Of a stretch of 64,000 nt of DNA, positions 1-14,700 are shown piece after piece. The position numbers and the translations under genes were made by a program. Position 1 is the stretch's first letter. The number at the start of each line of letters is the position of its first letter. The notes beneath the pieces are model-generated. The model was not told the DNA's origin. It did no database searches and worked only from the letters and a program-made list of their open reading frames with translations. The stretch is from Setoptus koraiensis (Eukaryota; Animalia; Arthropoda), in NCBI GenBank assembly GCA_048013815.1, contig CM106585.1, positions 17,670,001-17,734,000 on the forward strand, in the 5' to 3' direction.

Positions 1-2019
1 AATTTGTGAGTCGCATAGAGCGAAAGGGACATACAGCAAAAAGGAAGGAATGATATTCAATTAGACAGCATAACTTTTTATTATTATTATCATTATTATT
101 ATTATCCGCTCATCTGCTATCCACTGTTACTCTGTTATTCTTGATTTAGGCAATTATTAGTGGCGCTCATCACAATGGTGGTGATCGTCGTCGCTTTTGG
201 TGCTGGATTGTAGGCAACAAGCTTTTAACGATTGCCGCCAGGCCAAGCGGTGCCTCGACCACTTTTAATGGTCGCCTTAATCACTTAACTTGCTGATACA
301 ATCTCGCCATCTGTATCAATACTGTATCTATGCGGCCATAATCATGCTAGCATCGGCCTGGCCCGCGCGATAGTGACTTTGTTCAACTTTGAGACACACA
401 ACTACAGACTTTTTTAGCTGGCCATTGCTGGCAAAAAGTGGACAGATCAGCAAGTAAGGCAATTATTGACATTATTTGCATTAGCGGGCATGCTTTTTTT
501 ATTGGCAGCCAGGTGAGCAAGTGCTCAATTGGGATGGCGACTATGAGCGATCGTGTCATGTGTGTGTGAGTGTATGTGATGGACGACAAGGAATATTTAT
601 TATATCCAAGCCAGTGATTATCACATTTACCTATCACTACACATATCAGTCAGTTTTATGTGGCTCATTTTTATGTCCATCAAATCGCAGATTCATCGAG
701 ACTGGTCATATCACTAGATCGCTAGACTTGATGAGCCGTCCATCTAACTAGATCAATCGCTCATTATATGACCAGTTCTAATCAAATGACTTGCACTTTC
801 TCTTATCCATTGAGCCGGCAGCCTACTCATCGCGAATTGTTGCAGGGGTCATCCTCACAACAACGACGACGTTTATCTGACATCTAACCAAGGCTAATGT
901 GTGACATTTGAGTGCAACATTGTGCAAGACCGCGTGAAGGTGTTTATTACAAATGTCGTATAAGTGATGAGATATAAATGGGCACACTCATTGTGGCCAT
1001 TGTTTGGCCGTTGGTTGATTGTGTCAGCTGCACTTGCTGTGGCTGCCAGTGTAAGTGACCGCTAACAAGTGGCGAGCCATTATCACTGTCCATATCTGGA
1101 CTGGACTGGATTGTTGTTGCACCACACAAAAGTCATTGATGATCAATAATCAATGAGCCATAAGTGATTGTTGCTTTCATTTGTGCCGCGATCAGTATGG
1201 TTTTGGTTAATTGAATGGGGTGCGTTTGAAGCGAATCGGATCGGTTGGATTGGTTCGACTCGAGTCAAATTGAATCAAATCAAATGCATGAATGAACGAG
1301 CGCACCAACATGTCGCTGACAACCAATACTCACTCGTCCAAACATTATGACTGACACTCTCAAAGACAATTAACACGCTGACAATCAACGCTCACAACAA
1401 TCGACGCCAGCTATAATTTATAATTATAATCACTTGGTCTAGATGACTCGAACACACGCCGCTTGTCTCACCTGTCCAATATCGCCCCAGACAATGACAA
1501 TTGTAGCAAGCAGTAAAGATGAACACAACAACACCAACACCAGCACCAACAACAACAACAACAACAACAACAAGTGATTGTTTGAATAGATTGCATTGCA
1601 TACGTTGAATAGTGAACGGGGAGAAGAAGGGATCATCTCACCAGTTTTTGCGATACACTATGGTACAGGCGATAAGTGATAAGTGATAAGCAATAACTTA
1701 ACGCCAGTGGTTTTAGAAAGCGCTAACTGGGATTGTCAGTGTGTCGCTCCGTTTTTAACTTATTCCGTTGCCCACTCTAGTTCTTCTTCTTCGTCTTCTT
1801 TATTTCCGGAAACTTGCTTGCGAAATACACACACTCGCATGGAAACGCAGCACAAACGCACACAGGTGGAATGGATAACGATAATTTAAGCCGCCACAAG
1901 CTCAGCTTTCAGACTTGTTGAGACTCGTTAGCGACTAGATTATTGTTGTTGTGGTGTCGTTGAGCAGAGTGAGCGGAGAAAGAGAATAGAAGAGGATAAG
2001 CGACAACAACAACAACAAC

Positions 2020-2104
2020 ATGATGTTATTGTTGTTGTTGGCTGGCGTTTCCTCGGCTTACCCAGCCAACCAACTCACTCTCTTTCTATCCACAAGCAAC
2101 AACG
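2020..2104 (+). CDS. Candidate first (signal-peptide) exon of the furrowed-like gene
   Basis: ATG-initiated MMLLLLLLAGVSSAYPANQLTLFLSTSNN followed by G|GTAAGC, a phase-1 donor at 2105. This is compatible with the phase-1 acceptor at 36671 (joined: ...STSNNAGCPYPG). The Leu run coincides with a (TTG)n microsatellite, so chance is possible; it would imply a ~34.5-kb intron. Confidence 0.3.
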
Positions 2105-5100
2105 GTAAGCAGCACAACACTTACGATACTCAACGATATTTCATGAGCGATACTCTCACTCTCTTTCCGGTTGGCGAGACACAATTTGCTGAGCGCCAGA
2201 CAACAGGCAAAGCATTTGCAACGGCTTGGCGCGACGCTCTCTGCCAGTGGCTCGCTCGTTGCAAACGGCTCGCTCGAAGGCTGACAGGCAATAATCGCTA
2301 ATTGACCACAACACATCGAGTTGTTGCTTGTTCCTAGCAAACTATTTTGAAACAATATTTCGTATCAATCAATTATAAGCGCCCATTAGCGCGTAGGCCA
2401 AGTGATTGACCGGCCGGCCGGCCGGCAATACTCACCGATATGGTCAGGCATGTTGTTTGCTCTAGCTCCGCCGTCAGCATCTCGACTGAGCCTCCCCGGC
2501 CAAGTCGGCCTCAGTGCTGGCCAGATCTCTGGCAGTCTCATTTAGTTTCAATTGGCAATTTTAATCGCATTTAGGCACACACACACACACACACACTTAC
2601 ACATTTAGCAGCATTAGAGGGATGGTGGCCGGCCACTTGCTCAGATAGAACGAACAGATGAATAGATAGGTCGATCGATCATCATTTTGATTTTCTCGCT
2701 TATTTAGCATGCGAATGAGTGTGTGTTTGCTGGCTGCTCATTAAGCCTGGCAAGCTCGATAGTTGGTACGAGAGCGCAGACAACAATACCATTGAGAGCT
2801 ATTTAGTTCGGCTTGTTCTTTGCCTCGCAACATGTCGAGACATGGCAAGGCACAGGGAAAAGGGACAAAGCCAAACACAAGCAAAAGTCTTGCTCAGGCA
2901 CAAGAAAGTGACTTGCAAATAGCCAAACAATAATGGTAACAGTCAAGCGACTAATTTCAGCAGCCGGTACACCGACCGACTCCGATCTATCCGCCATCTA
3001 GCCGGCTCCGCAATGGACATTTGTATGGCCTTGACAGGGCTTTACTCGTGGGCGTCGGGCAACCGCATTGTGGTGCAAAACGCCTTTTCGCGCCGCAATG
3101 CGATGCCTCTGGCGCACCCTTCAATGGGCCCAAATCTGTTGTTGTTGTTGTTGCTGTTGTCGTCTTGGACGTCACAACAGTGATGATGACGATAATCACC
3201 TATTAATACATAATGAGGAGATAGTTGTTGATTTGGAGCCAATGCCTTGCGCGCTTTATGCGAGACGCGCGCGGCTCGCCCATCGCGAGCCATCGCCAAC
3301 ACACAATACATAAATTGATCAAATGTCACGGGTGCGCCTGACTATTTCGTGCGTTGAGTTGCGCACTTTCCCATTATCGCATTGTCGCGCTTTCTTGATG
3401 CGCGCGTTTTCTCATTTTTTCACACTTTTGTGTTGCGCGTTTTCCTCTCACGTTTGGCTTCGCGCATCCTTTTTAGCCTCGCATCGGATGCATTGTCAAA
3501 GTTTACCCGTCATCGGATCTGATCTTTTTCAAATTGGCGCGCGCGCGTTATCACATTGATGGATGCTCATAATCGACGAGTTATTCCATTGACGCACGCT
3601 CAGGGTGTGCGAGTTTTCGCATTGATGGGAGAAGAGTTATTCGCCAAGTGAGCGTGAAGCGCATATTTTCTCACATTGGCCAAATAGATTTGTTTATCAA
3701 ATTTCGAAAGCTTCCCCGTTGTTTACTCTGTGTCTCTGTGTTGCCTTTGATTATAAAAGTCTGATCACTTTCACTGGGCAAGTCGCGAGTCGCAAAAAGC
3801 AAACAATGGCTTGCTCGGATCGCATATCATAACACTGCTGACGATGAAACGTTTCCTTGGTGTGAATTGATGTGAATTTGATGTGAGTTTAGCTAACATC
3901 AAATTCACATTGTAAGAGATTGAGATTGTGAGCTCTGCGAGTGTTGTGAGTGTCCTCTGACAATTGCAACTTGCGCAAGCCATCAATTGGCAAACAACGG
4001 CGACTAATTAAGACGTTGGCGGTTGGTGTGCCCGCTGGTTAGACTGTGCCTGCGACTGGCCAAACTTTATTTACATTACGACACATTAGGGCCACTGGCA
4101 CGGCTCACACAACAGGTAACAGCTCAGCAGTTACCTGTCGTTGAGTCACCTGTTGTGTGTGTGGCTGCTAGCGAACGGGTGCATCTTTTTAGGCTGTGGC
4201 TGGCCAATTGGTGCTTGTCGTGGTGGCTGCTGTAATTGTTGTCGTCGCTATTGTCGGAGCGTCGAGCGTTGAGGAAGAACGGGCATCGCTATTGTGGTTG
4301 CTTGTCGACACAAACATTTCTCGCCTGATGTGTGCTGTTGTCTCATCGCGTTACTCAATCAACGGCCCTAACCAACGAAACAGAATCAAATATATATAAA
4401 GAATAAAAAGAAAATAAGTGCTCGCTCCAAGGATTCGGCTCGGTGGGACGCCCACCCGTTTTAACACTGTTGGCCACTGTGCCAATTGTGCACTTGTGAT
4501 GCTCGTCGTGGTCGCTCGATGTCGATGTTCGGGAAGCGGCAACAGCCATGGGCGCCGGCTCAATTAGTTGTTGGCCCGTCAATTGTGTCTTCTTTGTTGT
4601 CTCTGTTGTTGTTGTTGTTGTTGCTGTCGTTGTTGTTGTCGTTGTTGTTGCTGCCGCTGTTGTGCTCGCATTAGCAGCAGTCGCAGTTTTTCTCGCTCTC
4701 CCTGACGGTTAAAACATGGTGTTTAAACATGGTATAAGCATGGCCAATTACAACGTGTTTGCCAACACTATCCCAGTTTGAACAGAGCCACAGATAGCGC
4801 ATTCATCTGGCCAGAGGCTGGCCACTAATAGAGCGACGCGAATAGTCGCTGCCCGAATCAATGAATGGCCCGCTGCCTGGCACTGCAGGCAATGCCAGAT
4901 AGCCGGTGGCTTGGCGTGGCTGGCAAGTCACTGCCGAACGAAGGAACGGCGAGCCGGCCCAAAAGAGCGGCCGAGGAGAAGAAAAGAAAGTGGACGAGAG
5001 GAGAAGAAAAGAAATCAATTAATACAATCATTTCAATTGGCTTCATTCGCCAGCTAGCCAACCGACCAGCCAGTTAGCCGGCAACACATTAGTCGACACA

Positions 5101-8100
5101 CCAGCGACGGCCAGCAGCAGTTACAAGTGGCAGTTTAAGACGATAGCGAGCAGTTAAATTAGTAACAAATGAAAAACAATTAACACTCGCACTGGCACCG
5201 TTACTATTGGCAACGAGTAAGTGTAGCAATAAAGTCAGTTGAGAGTTATTTCAAATAACTATCAACTGACAGCCAGTGAAACAAAGTTGTGAGCAGAGAG
5301 CGCGCGCAATATTTTGTTACACTTGTTAGTCAGTTAGCTAGTCAGCCCCCGGCTAACAAGTGTAACAAAATATTATCGCTGCTCGCTCTCAACAGCCGAC
5401 TGATTGTGAGAGTCTCAACGCTCGCAACAAAACATTGCAAGGCACAATGTTACCTGTATCGTCATGAATGGATTGCTTGGTCACCTGGAATAATAATAAT
5501 AATAATGTGATAATCGTATTGTGCCTTGTGTGTGTTATTTGTGGCACCAACTTGTTGCCGGTTTGTGATGAATTCAAACTTGCGCTTGCCATGGCTAATG
5601 GCGAATGTAAAGGTTTGGGTATTAAGCATTCAATATTAAATATTGAATATTAAATATTGCGCATTCTTTGTTCTTTATTCAATATTCGACGGAATAAACA
5701 ATAGTGGCCAAGATTGCAATGAGCACCCGAATCGTGTCGCCGTAATCAATTGTTACCATTGGCCGCACTAACTAACTAACTCACAATCAAATCAAGAGTG
5801 CGATGTTGACACTTGCCCATGGGCCGCACACGGAACTATCCTGACGTAACCACAGTAAGCAGTCAGCTGATCAGCTTTGCGACTTTGTTTACTCTCGCCA
5901 CAAACAGCGGTGAGTCTTGTCAACTGTATGTATTATGGACTGCATAATATGGAGTCCATAGGCGATCATGTGTGAGCGATAAAGCGCCCTGAATAAGCTC
6001 AAAAACTCACTCGAACCGTTCGACTCGAACCGTTCGACTCGAACCGTTCGAGTCAAACGGCGCCTCGGCGCCAACAGGTGAACAGACCAAACTGTTGGCG
6101 ATTGTTTGCGATTGTTTGCCGTTTGCGGCCATTGAGCACGACGTGAGGTTTCGTTTGTTGTAAAGCAATCAAGTTGGTTGATACAGTGCAAGAGGAACAA
6201 CAATGCTCTCGTGATTCACTGGTCATCTCACTCTGGCACTCTGGCACCTTGGCTCGCTTGTGGCAGCTTGAGAGTCTGCTCGAGCACACTGCGGCTAACT
6301 GCGGCGAGTTGTCGGCCGGATTAGCCCGAGGTGGCAAATCGGTCGCCAGAGGTGTCGCCTTTATCTGGCCACCTCTTGTCCGGCTAGCACATTTGCTGGC
6401 CAGCGAGTGTTGGCCGGACAAGAGCGAGCTTGCTCTGCTGAGAAACTGCTGAGAGTCACTCATTTTTTGCAATCACTGCTTGTGTTGGCACTGATTTGTT
6501 TGCGCAAACAAAGCGTCGTTTGCAAGCGCACTGTCTAACTGTACCACACTGTAATATTATGTAATACAGTATTACTGTTAATGTGAGCGCACACAGATAC
6601 ACAAAAGCACGAAACGGAATCATAGAATACAACAAATATACAACAAATATACAACAAATATCAAAATATGAGAATGAGCTGACCGGCACGATGAGTTTGC
6701 ACAGTCTCGCCAGGCACACAGAGCCAGAGAGCAGTGGTTGCATGATCGCAAATGAGCAATGCTTGTATCATAGACACAAGTGCAAACATTGTTATGCAAC
6801 ATTGGCTTGATTGGCTTTTACCTGGTGGTAGCATTATCACTGTTATTTTGCAAACAAATAGCGCTGAATAGAGCCGAGCACACATCTGCCCACTCATTTG
6901 ACACCTGTCCGCAGGCCGACCAAAGCCAAGCCAAAGCAGGCTGCCCGGCGGACAGGTAGACGCAAGCACTACCCAGGGTATTTGTGGTTGTCGTTGTTGT
7001 TGTTTGGGGGGGGGGGCAATTGTCAGGCAACTGTGGAGATGCTAATAGTTGGGTAATTGTTTGATTGCCAAATTGCGACTGGCCTACAAGCTGGCCGGCC
7101 GGCCATTCATCATGCGATCCAATGCGAGCCCAAAACGGCCATATCTGTTGCTTCTGGCTTCTGGCTGTCGTAGCAAACTGACAACACCGACTGCGAATTG
7201 GTCTGAATGAACAAATGAACGAGGGCGAACAAGTGCACAAATGAAATGCTTGCTGCAAGCCAACACAACATAATAATAATAATAATAGTAATAACAATCA
7301 TAATAATAACAAACAATTATCGTCGACACTCAATTTTTGCGCGCCTAATTTCGGCCATCATCATTATCGCCGTTGTGTGTGGCGATATCGCAGCACCAAC
7401 AAACTTTTGCAAACTTTTTCTTGTTGTGCAATAAAACAAATTTATTTGTTATTCGCAATTTGTCCGGCACACACACCGGCCAAACAAGCTGACTGGTCGC
7501 CGGTTCTCAAGTCGCTTGCTGGCCGCTCACAATCTTCAGTGGTCGCTATTAGCGGCCATTAGTTGACAAAATATTTGCCACACTTCGTCAGACATAACGG
7601 CACATAACTAACGCCAACAACAACACATAGTGCGGGCGATAACGGGAGCGTGACGCAATAAGGTTGTTGTTGCGGTTGTTGTTGTTGTTGGTGGGCCGCA
7701 TCATTAGCTCGGCATAAGCTGCTGGGTCGGATATCGGCAAATGGCCTGTTCGTTGGCAGTATTCATGAACAGTATGGGAATCACTTTTGTTTGTCGCTGA
7801 TACAACACTGTGACGCAATCTTTTGCAGCAGTCGAGTGTCGTTGTTGGCCACCAGTTGGCCACATGGGTGCGCCATCCACTGGTGCACTGGTGCCTGACG
7901 ACTGTCAATACGAATCAACAAAACTGCTGTGTCTGTAAGGGGTCCGTTTACAGATTGTTCTGAAGAAAAGATTGTTGTCTACATTGTTCAATGTTTATCA
8001 GTGAGCTTTTCCAAAGTGCAATCAGTTGCCAAAAGGCCAACTGATTACGACATCGCGCCTTGCTTGACCCGCTCGCCAGGCTGCTTACACACACTCACTC

Positions 8101-8666
8101 ACTGTTGAACAGTGACTGTTGGTTTGGTCAATAAACAAGCGGTGAGATATGGCAAAACAAACAACAAAGTGGCAACAATGGCGCCAACGGAAGCGCCAAC
8201 AAGCGACATCGCAGGTCGCCAATGTTGGCACTTTGACAGTGACTTTGCTTTGATTTTATCTGCTGTTTGCTTTGTAATGAGTAGTAGCGCAAAAACTAAT
8301 CGCTTGTCTTGTGTGTAATGTCAGTGAATGTCACACACTGGCCGCGATCAGCGACTCACTGACTCGCTGCCAGTCAACGGGCGATATCCACAGTTTGCGG
8401 CTAAACGCACAACGGCTACTCGCGAGCAAAGTAACAAACAAACAACTTGCAACAAGTTGCCGTTCGTTGCGGAATAATCGTAGACTCCAGATTGGAGTGA
8501 AAGTTGCTCCGTCTCTGTCCTTTCTCTTGCCAATTCAATCTTCATTTTTTACCTTTACCTGGCACAGTCTTGCTGCCGGGTAAAGGCAAAAACGATACAA
8601 ACTGTGCAAGCCAATTGAATAACAATAAGCGCTCAGTGTGTGCGTCTAAATTAATTCCTCGGCACA

Positions 8667-8760
8667 CACACAAGCAAATAGCGAGCGACACACAAGCAAA
8701 TAGCGAGCGACACACAAGCAAATAGCGAGCGACACACAAGCAAATAGCGAGCGACACACA
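8667..8760. repeat. 22-bp minisatellite CACACAAGCAAATAGCGAGCGA, about 4.3 copies
   Basis: Units start at 8667, 8689, 8711, 8733 and a partial at 8755. Confidence 0.9.
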
Positions 8761-11700
8761 GCGAGCCAATGGGCATAATGAATATGAATTATTAATGAGT
8801 CGTCGTTCTAATTACTCATGATTATTCTCCGTGAGTGTAGCACAATGTTTATACACACATTACGAGATACGAGAGAGAGAGAGAGACACGTTTATCGGCG
8901 CTAACAAGCGACGTCTCCGCCGGGTTCATTCGACGGTATTCAATTGTTTGCGTTAGTTGTTGCGGGAGAGTCTCAATTTCACTGCGAACCCACATACACC
9001 GCATAGACCGCCTAGACCGCCTAGACCGCATAGACTGTGTGCCATGGAGGGTATCTATCATCTCGAATTGAAATACAGTCAAACGCTGACTGTGTTTGAG
9101 TATTTGAATTTGAGTGCACTGGTAATCACAATAATAATCACACACCATGACACACGGTCGTGATTCGTCGTGTGCTATAAGTTGTGGCTCACAATGGGCT
9201 CATTTGTGGGTCATCGTTTAGCCGCTTCTCAATTGGCGTCTTAATTATATTATTAAACATAAAATTACGCAGTGACTTATTCGAGGCATCCGCCGCTCGG
9301 TGCCAACAACAACAATCAATACTAATCCCATGTTAGCACCAATTCTCTGTCTGTCCGTCTGTCTATAAGTTGAAACAAGCAAATCAACCTGTTGCAACTA
9401 GCAACAATCTGGCAGCCCTAATGCGCTCTCAGTGGCAATTTAATTTGCAATTTAGTTAAGTGACGAAAGATGTAAAGTCTGGCCTGCCAGAGTTAAACTG
9501 TAGCCAAATTTACATGCTAAACGCACGCCCTTAGAGCAACTTTGCAAACTACTTTTTACTACTTTTTCAATCTGCTGTTTATCTATCCGAGATACCGCGG
9601 TATATTCACCCGTGAATATACTGCGGCTTTTCGGCTCACCTGAGCAATGAATGGCTCTGTTGATTATCCGGTCGGCTGTCGTTCGAATCATGATATTCGC
9701 ATGATATTCTAGTGACGAACTTCAAATCGTCACCATGGCAACACTATATGCCGTATAGTATATGGCCGGCAACCTGTTGGCCGATTGCTCGGAATGGGCG
9801 GCCAAGCGAGGCAAAAGTGACGATCAAGAAGCCATGAATTGAACGAGAATGCGCGCATCACGACGATACGGCCGGCTCGGCGCCCAATTAAGTGGCCACG
9901 ATGGCAATGAATAAATCAATTTAGTTTTATTCTCAGCATCTCTGTTGTTGGGATGTATGTGTATGGCTGCATTTGATACATTTGATGGCTTCTCTGGCGC
10001 TCACGGTGCGCAACTCGCTTTGTCGCTGGTCGTGCCGCGCTTCGCAGTCGCACCAATAAATTATTCCCATCTAATGAATCAAGTGATCAGGACGCTTGTT
10101 ATCTCTATATCCAGCCAGACACTTGTTGCTGCTTGTCGCTGCTCGCCGGCGCTTGTCGCTGGCTGCTCGACCGACTCGATAGTACGAGCGTCGCCACGGT
10201 GCCAATTAAAATCCACTAATTGCCGGCCATAACTTAGCCGATGCGCCATGAATTGGTCACATGCTGCAAACAGTCGACTCGATATTGACTTGATTAAAAT
10301 CTCAATTCTCGAATTGGCTTTCGTGTCTGCCAGCAACACTTGTCGTGTCTATCGGCCGACTCCATTGGCCCATTGCAATTTGGCTAATTTTAGCAAATGG
10401 CCACATTCTGCAATTGGTTCGGCCGGCGTTCGAATTGGTTCGAAATTCGAATCGATTCGAAGCGATTCGGAGGCGGCTCGCACCGGCCAGCGCTCGCAAC
10501 ATGTCAGACGCATGCTGTCAGACGCATGCTGTCAGATGTTTGCTCGCAGCAGATATATGGCGTATATTGTGTCTCTGCTTGCAGCGTCGTCGCAGTTGTC
10601 GCATGTGCCCAATGGGAGCTGTCGCTTGCTGCGTTTACCTGTGTCGTTGTGCAAACCAACTAGCGAACACAGCAAGACAAGACCCGAGAAGCCACAGGTG
10701 GCGCTTCTTTTCCCGTTGTGTGTCTTGGCGGGCATCTCGACGACGGGCACACCGAGCCAAAGCACTAAATTAAACCGAAGCACAAGCCAACGGCCAGAGC
10801 AATCTGTGGCGGTTGGCGGTCGCTCTGTATGTGTATTTTGCACGGTCGGCCAGCCGAAGAGTTGCAAAAAGAAGCGACGCCGAAAGAAAAGAAGCTCGCT
10901 GAAAGGAAAGTGCGACGAGAGGAGCGCCGAAAGAACCCGTTCGGTGGTCGCTCGCAAAATGATTAAGAGAAAAAGAAGCACAATTGTCGTCATTCATCAG
11001 CGAGCTTTTTGTTTGTGTGTTTGTTTCTTGTTTGCGAGGCATTGCTGCTGTTGGAATCTTGCAGCGAACAAAGACTTTCGAAATGCGTTTCTCGGAATGT
11101 GTCTTTCGAAACGTTTTTTCGAGATGTGTGTTTACGAGGAGAACAAAATAAAAATAGTTCACTTTCTACGCAAGCTAATTGCACTAATTCCATCATTCTA
11201 TTTATTGCGCCAGAGCCGCCCTTCGACAGTCCACTGCAGACTCTACAGCGTAGAGTCTGCACTGTCCACTGCACAGTCCACTCTGTCCACCCTGGACTCC
11301 ACACTCTCAACTCCACAGTCGGGAGTGCACAGTGGACAGTGCACAGTGGGCTCGCCGAACGCTTCTTTTCGGCCGTCCGAAATTCTCTCGAAATTCTCTG
11401 CGAATTCTCTGCGAATTCTGTCGAGATTATGTCGGAATTCTCGGCCGCTTCGGCCGCTGTAACGGTATGAGCAGACCAATACATACGGTGACAATGCCGT
11501 CGCAATACGCCGACAATGCCGCCACAACACGGCTACAATGCAGCCAATTGCAGCAGTAGCATTGGCTGGCTTCGAATGGTTGCCGAGGCAGCCAGCAAGG
11601 CTCGTTTGCAACCAATTGGCACTGTTTTGTTCTCAGCCTGCGTGGCGGCCATAATTAAATTAACTCACTACTTATCTATGCTGATGTAATCACAGTGGCG

Positions 11701-14700
11701 ACACAGCATAACTGGCCGACCATTTGAGCCGGCTCTGTTGCGTCAACTTGCCAGCAATTGTGTTGTGCTCACTGGAAAGGAAATATCAACATGCGGCGCC
11801 CAAACTATTCAAACTGACACTGACGCGTTGCTTAGGCTCGGCAATTTGGAAGGCGAGTCACCACTCACCGACTGACTGAGCAGCGAACAATTTATGGTTT
11901 GTCACTTTGTTTGTCCAATTGTGTTGCGAAATTGGCGCACTTGTTGTCAGTGTGCTCGCCATAATTGTTGTCGTGAGCTACTGATGCTTCGCACGAACAC
12001 TCGCAAACATTGTCGCGCAAAAGTCGCAAAAGTGGCAAAAAGTCGCAAAAAAGACGCAAAACAGTCGCAAAAGTCGCAAAACAGTCGCTTTGGTCGAAAG
12101 TGGGCCTTCGCTCGGCCAGCATTATCCGCTTGTGCGCTGGTCGTACGCATTATCAGCCATTATCAGGCGTTTTCAGGCGTTATCAGGCATCGCAAGCCAT
12201 TGCGGGCCATCAGAACTTGTGATTCGCAAGGCATCGCAGGCCGGCGCAAAGCCGCCTTGGACAGTATGCAACTGTTTGTCTTTGTTTTAACCCATTTAGT
12301 AGGTGTTGCTTGGCGTGTTAAATATACACGCCAGGAGTGCTGGCCGACAGGTGAAAAGCCGAAATAAGCTCGCCATCGCTGCGCATTGTGATGCCGGCTT
12401 CATGTTGGCACAATGATAGTTTAAAGAATGCAGCCGAGGAACGAAACGAAACAAGCGAAAATAGCCGCACACAAGCGGCCACTGAGTTTTATTTATCCGA
12501 CTCGGATAAATAAAACTCAGCGTTGCAGCATAAAAGTCAGGCACGGCCAATCATCGGCCAGTTGCGATTGTTCTCGCTTTTGTTGTTGGCGCTACCGTTG
12601 TGCGAGTTTCGGTGTGCAAGTCGCAGATCACATTGCACACCCTGGATCCCATTATCGCCTTTTGCTTATCCCATTATCACAACTGGCCGTGCGCTGCTCA
12701 CGTCCGAGCGTCTCCGCGAATTCGCCAATTGCAGCCTCTCGAACACTCGACGAGCGGACTGCGGACTCGAATGCGAACTCGAAAGGCGAACTCGAATGGC
12801 GAGTGGCGAATAGCGAAAACAGAAAGCGAAATGCGAAAACAGAAAGCGAAATGCGAATCCGAATGGCAAACTGGCCAGCAGCAGTTCCAATTCGAACGGT
12901 CGCCGGACCGCAAACTTTCCAAGCACACACACAAACACAAGTTATGTAACTCACCTGTGGAGTTTCGCTGAAACATTGTTGGTCGGGCGGCATTCGTTGG
13001 CCGCTGTGTGCAAAACAACAACAGGTGTCAGTGTGTGTGTGTGTGTGTGAAAAATCGGGCGCATCTATCATTTGGTAACACGATAACGGCGCAAGTGGCG
13101 AGCGAAGGCCCGCGCCGTGATTCCGCGCAACTATCCGTGCTCGAATTCGCAATAAGATTCGCAATAAGATGTGCCAATTCGAGACTGTCATTCATTTGCG
13201 CAAACACTCTCCAAAGCAGAATCTCGGCTCCAAACCGAATCTCGGCTCTAAACTGAATCGCGACTCCAAAGCTGAATCTCGGCTCTAACGGCCACCATCG
13301 TGCTGACTGCATTAACTGAATTATTTAAACTAACTAATGAATTCTCTCTTTATCCCCTGTGCCGTGGTCTCGCTGACCGATGTCGCTTGCGGTAAACACC
13401 GTATTGTCCGTGTTGCTCATCAACGCCACTCAACGTGCAATTGTGCTAATGTGGATGTGTGATAATGCGCGATTATCATCATTTGCGCCATAATAGGTGA
13501 GTCGAAATAGCAAGATACGCAACTGTTACAATGCAATTGTTACAGTGCAACTGTTACATGCAAGATGGGATTATCTGTCCACTTTTTACTTTCTCTTGCG
13601 GTATCCGCGAGCATCTCTCAAAAAGCGGCTTCATTTATCATAATTATGCTAATGAATTTTCGCCGGCCAACAGTCGCCGGCCCAGAGTCGGACTCTGGGC
13701 CGGCGATGAACTGGCCGCCGAAAAGGATTGTTGCTTGTTGCGGTGCTCGGCTGATACTTGGTCGCAGTCTGGCCAGCGTCATCGTTTGATGCTTGGATGC
13801 AACAATCATGATGCTTGCAGCATCCATCAGAAGCGACAAGCAAAGTTTACAAGTTATCGCATCAGCGTCTCGCATGATAACAACGCCAACAATGGCAACA
13901 ACGGCACCGGCCTAATTATCATCGCTGCTAAATATCTGTCAATTTGGCAAGCCTTCCAAGCGGCGCCATCATATCACATACACAGTGAGATTGTTGCTGC
14001 AATTGGTTGGACAATTTTCCGTTGGCTGCTCGTCGAGTGCGGGTCCTCTCGCATTGTTCAGCAGCAACATTGCGCCGTTCGCGCCGTTAGAGCCGTTAGA
14101 GTCTTTAGAGCCGTTCGAGCCGTTCGAGCCGTTCGAGCCGTTCGGTATTATCCCATGGAGCTTCTTTTTCGCTTCTCGTCTCATCTCTCGCAAGCCACAT
14201 TTCGCTAATGGCGATGTTGGCATGCAGCAAAAGTGGCGATGCAAATCGCAACAGTTGCCGTCGCAACTGTTTCGAGTTGCGGCTCAAATAGCCGGCCGCG
14301 GCCAGATCGCCGAAGATGTGAGAGTATGTCGGCGAAGGGAGCCATCATGACATTGCATATAATTTGCATATAATTATTGGCTGCTGCATCACGATCGGTG
14401 TCGCATCATCGCCACACGGCGAGCGAGTTAGCCGAGCCAAGAGATAGTGATCGATGAGCTTATTTGCAACACAATGCAGCCCATCTAATCCGTTACCGAT
14501 CCGTCGAGATACCCGCTCCGCTACAATGTGTGTGATTTGCACGCTGATAGCGGCCCTTCTCGCCGACTCGCCGACTCACCGACTCGCCGGCCTGAGATCG
14601 GCCGCCGAGATTGAGCCCGACAAAATGGCACCCTCACCCTCGTCCGAGTGGCACTGCAATACAGTGACTGCGATACAGTGACTGCATTACAGTGACTGTA

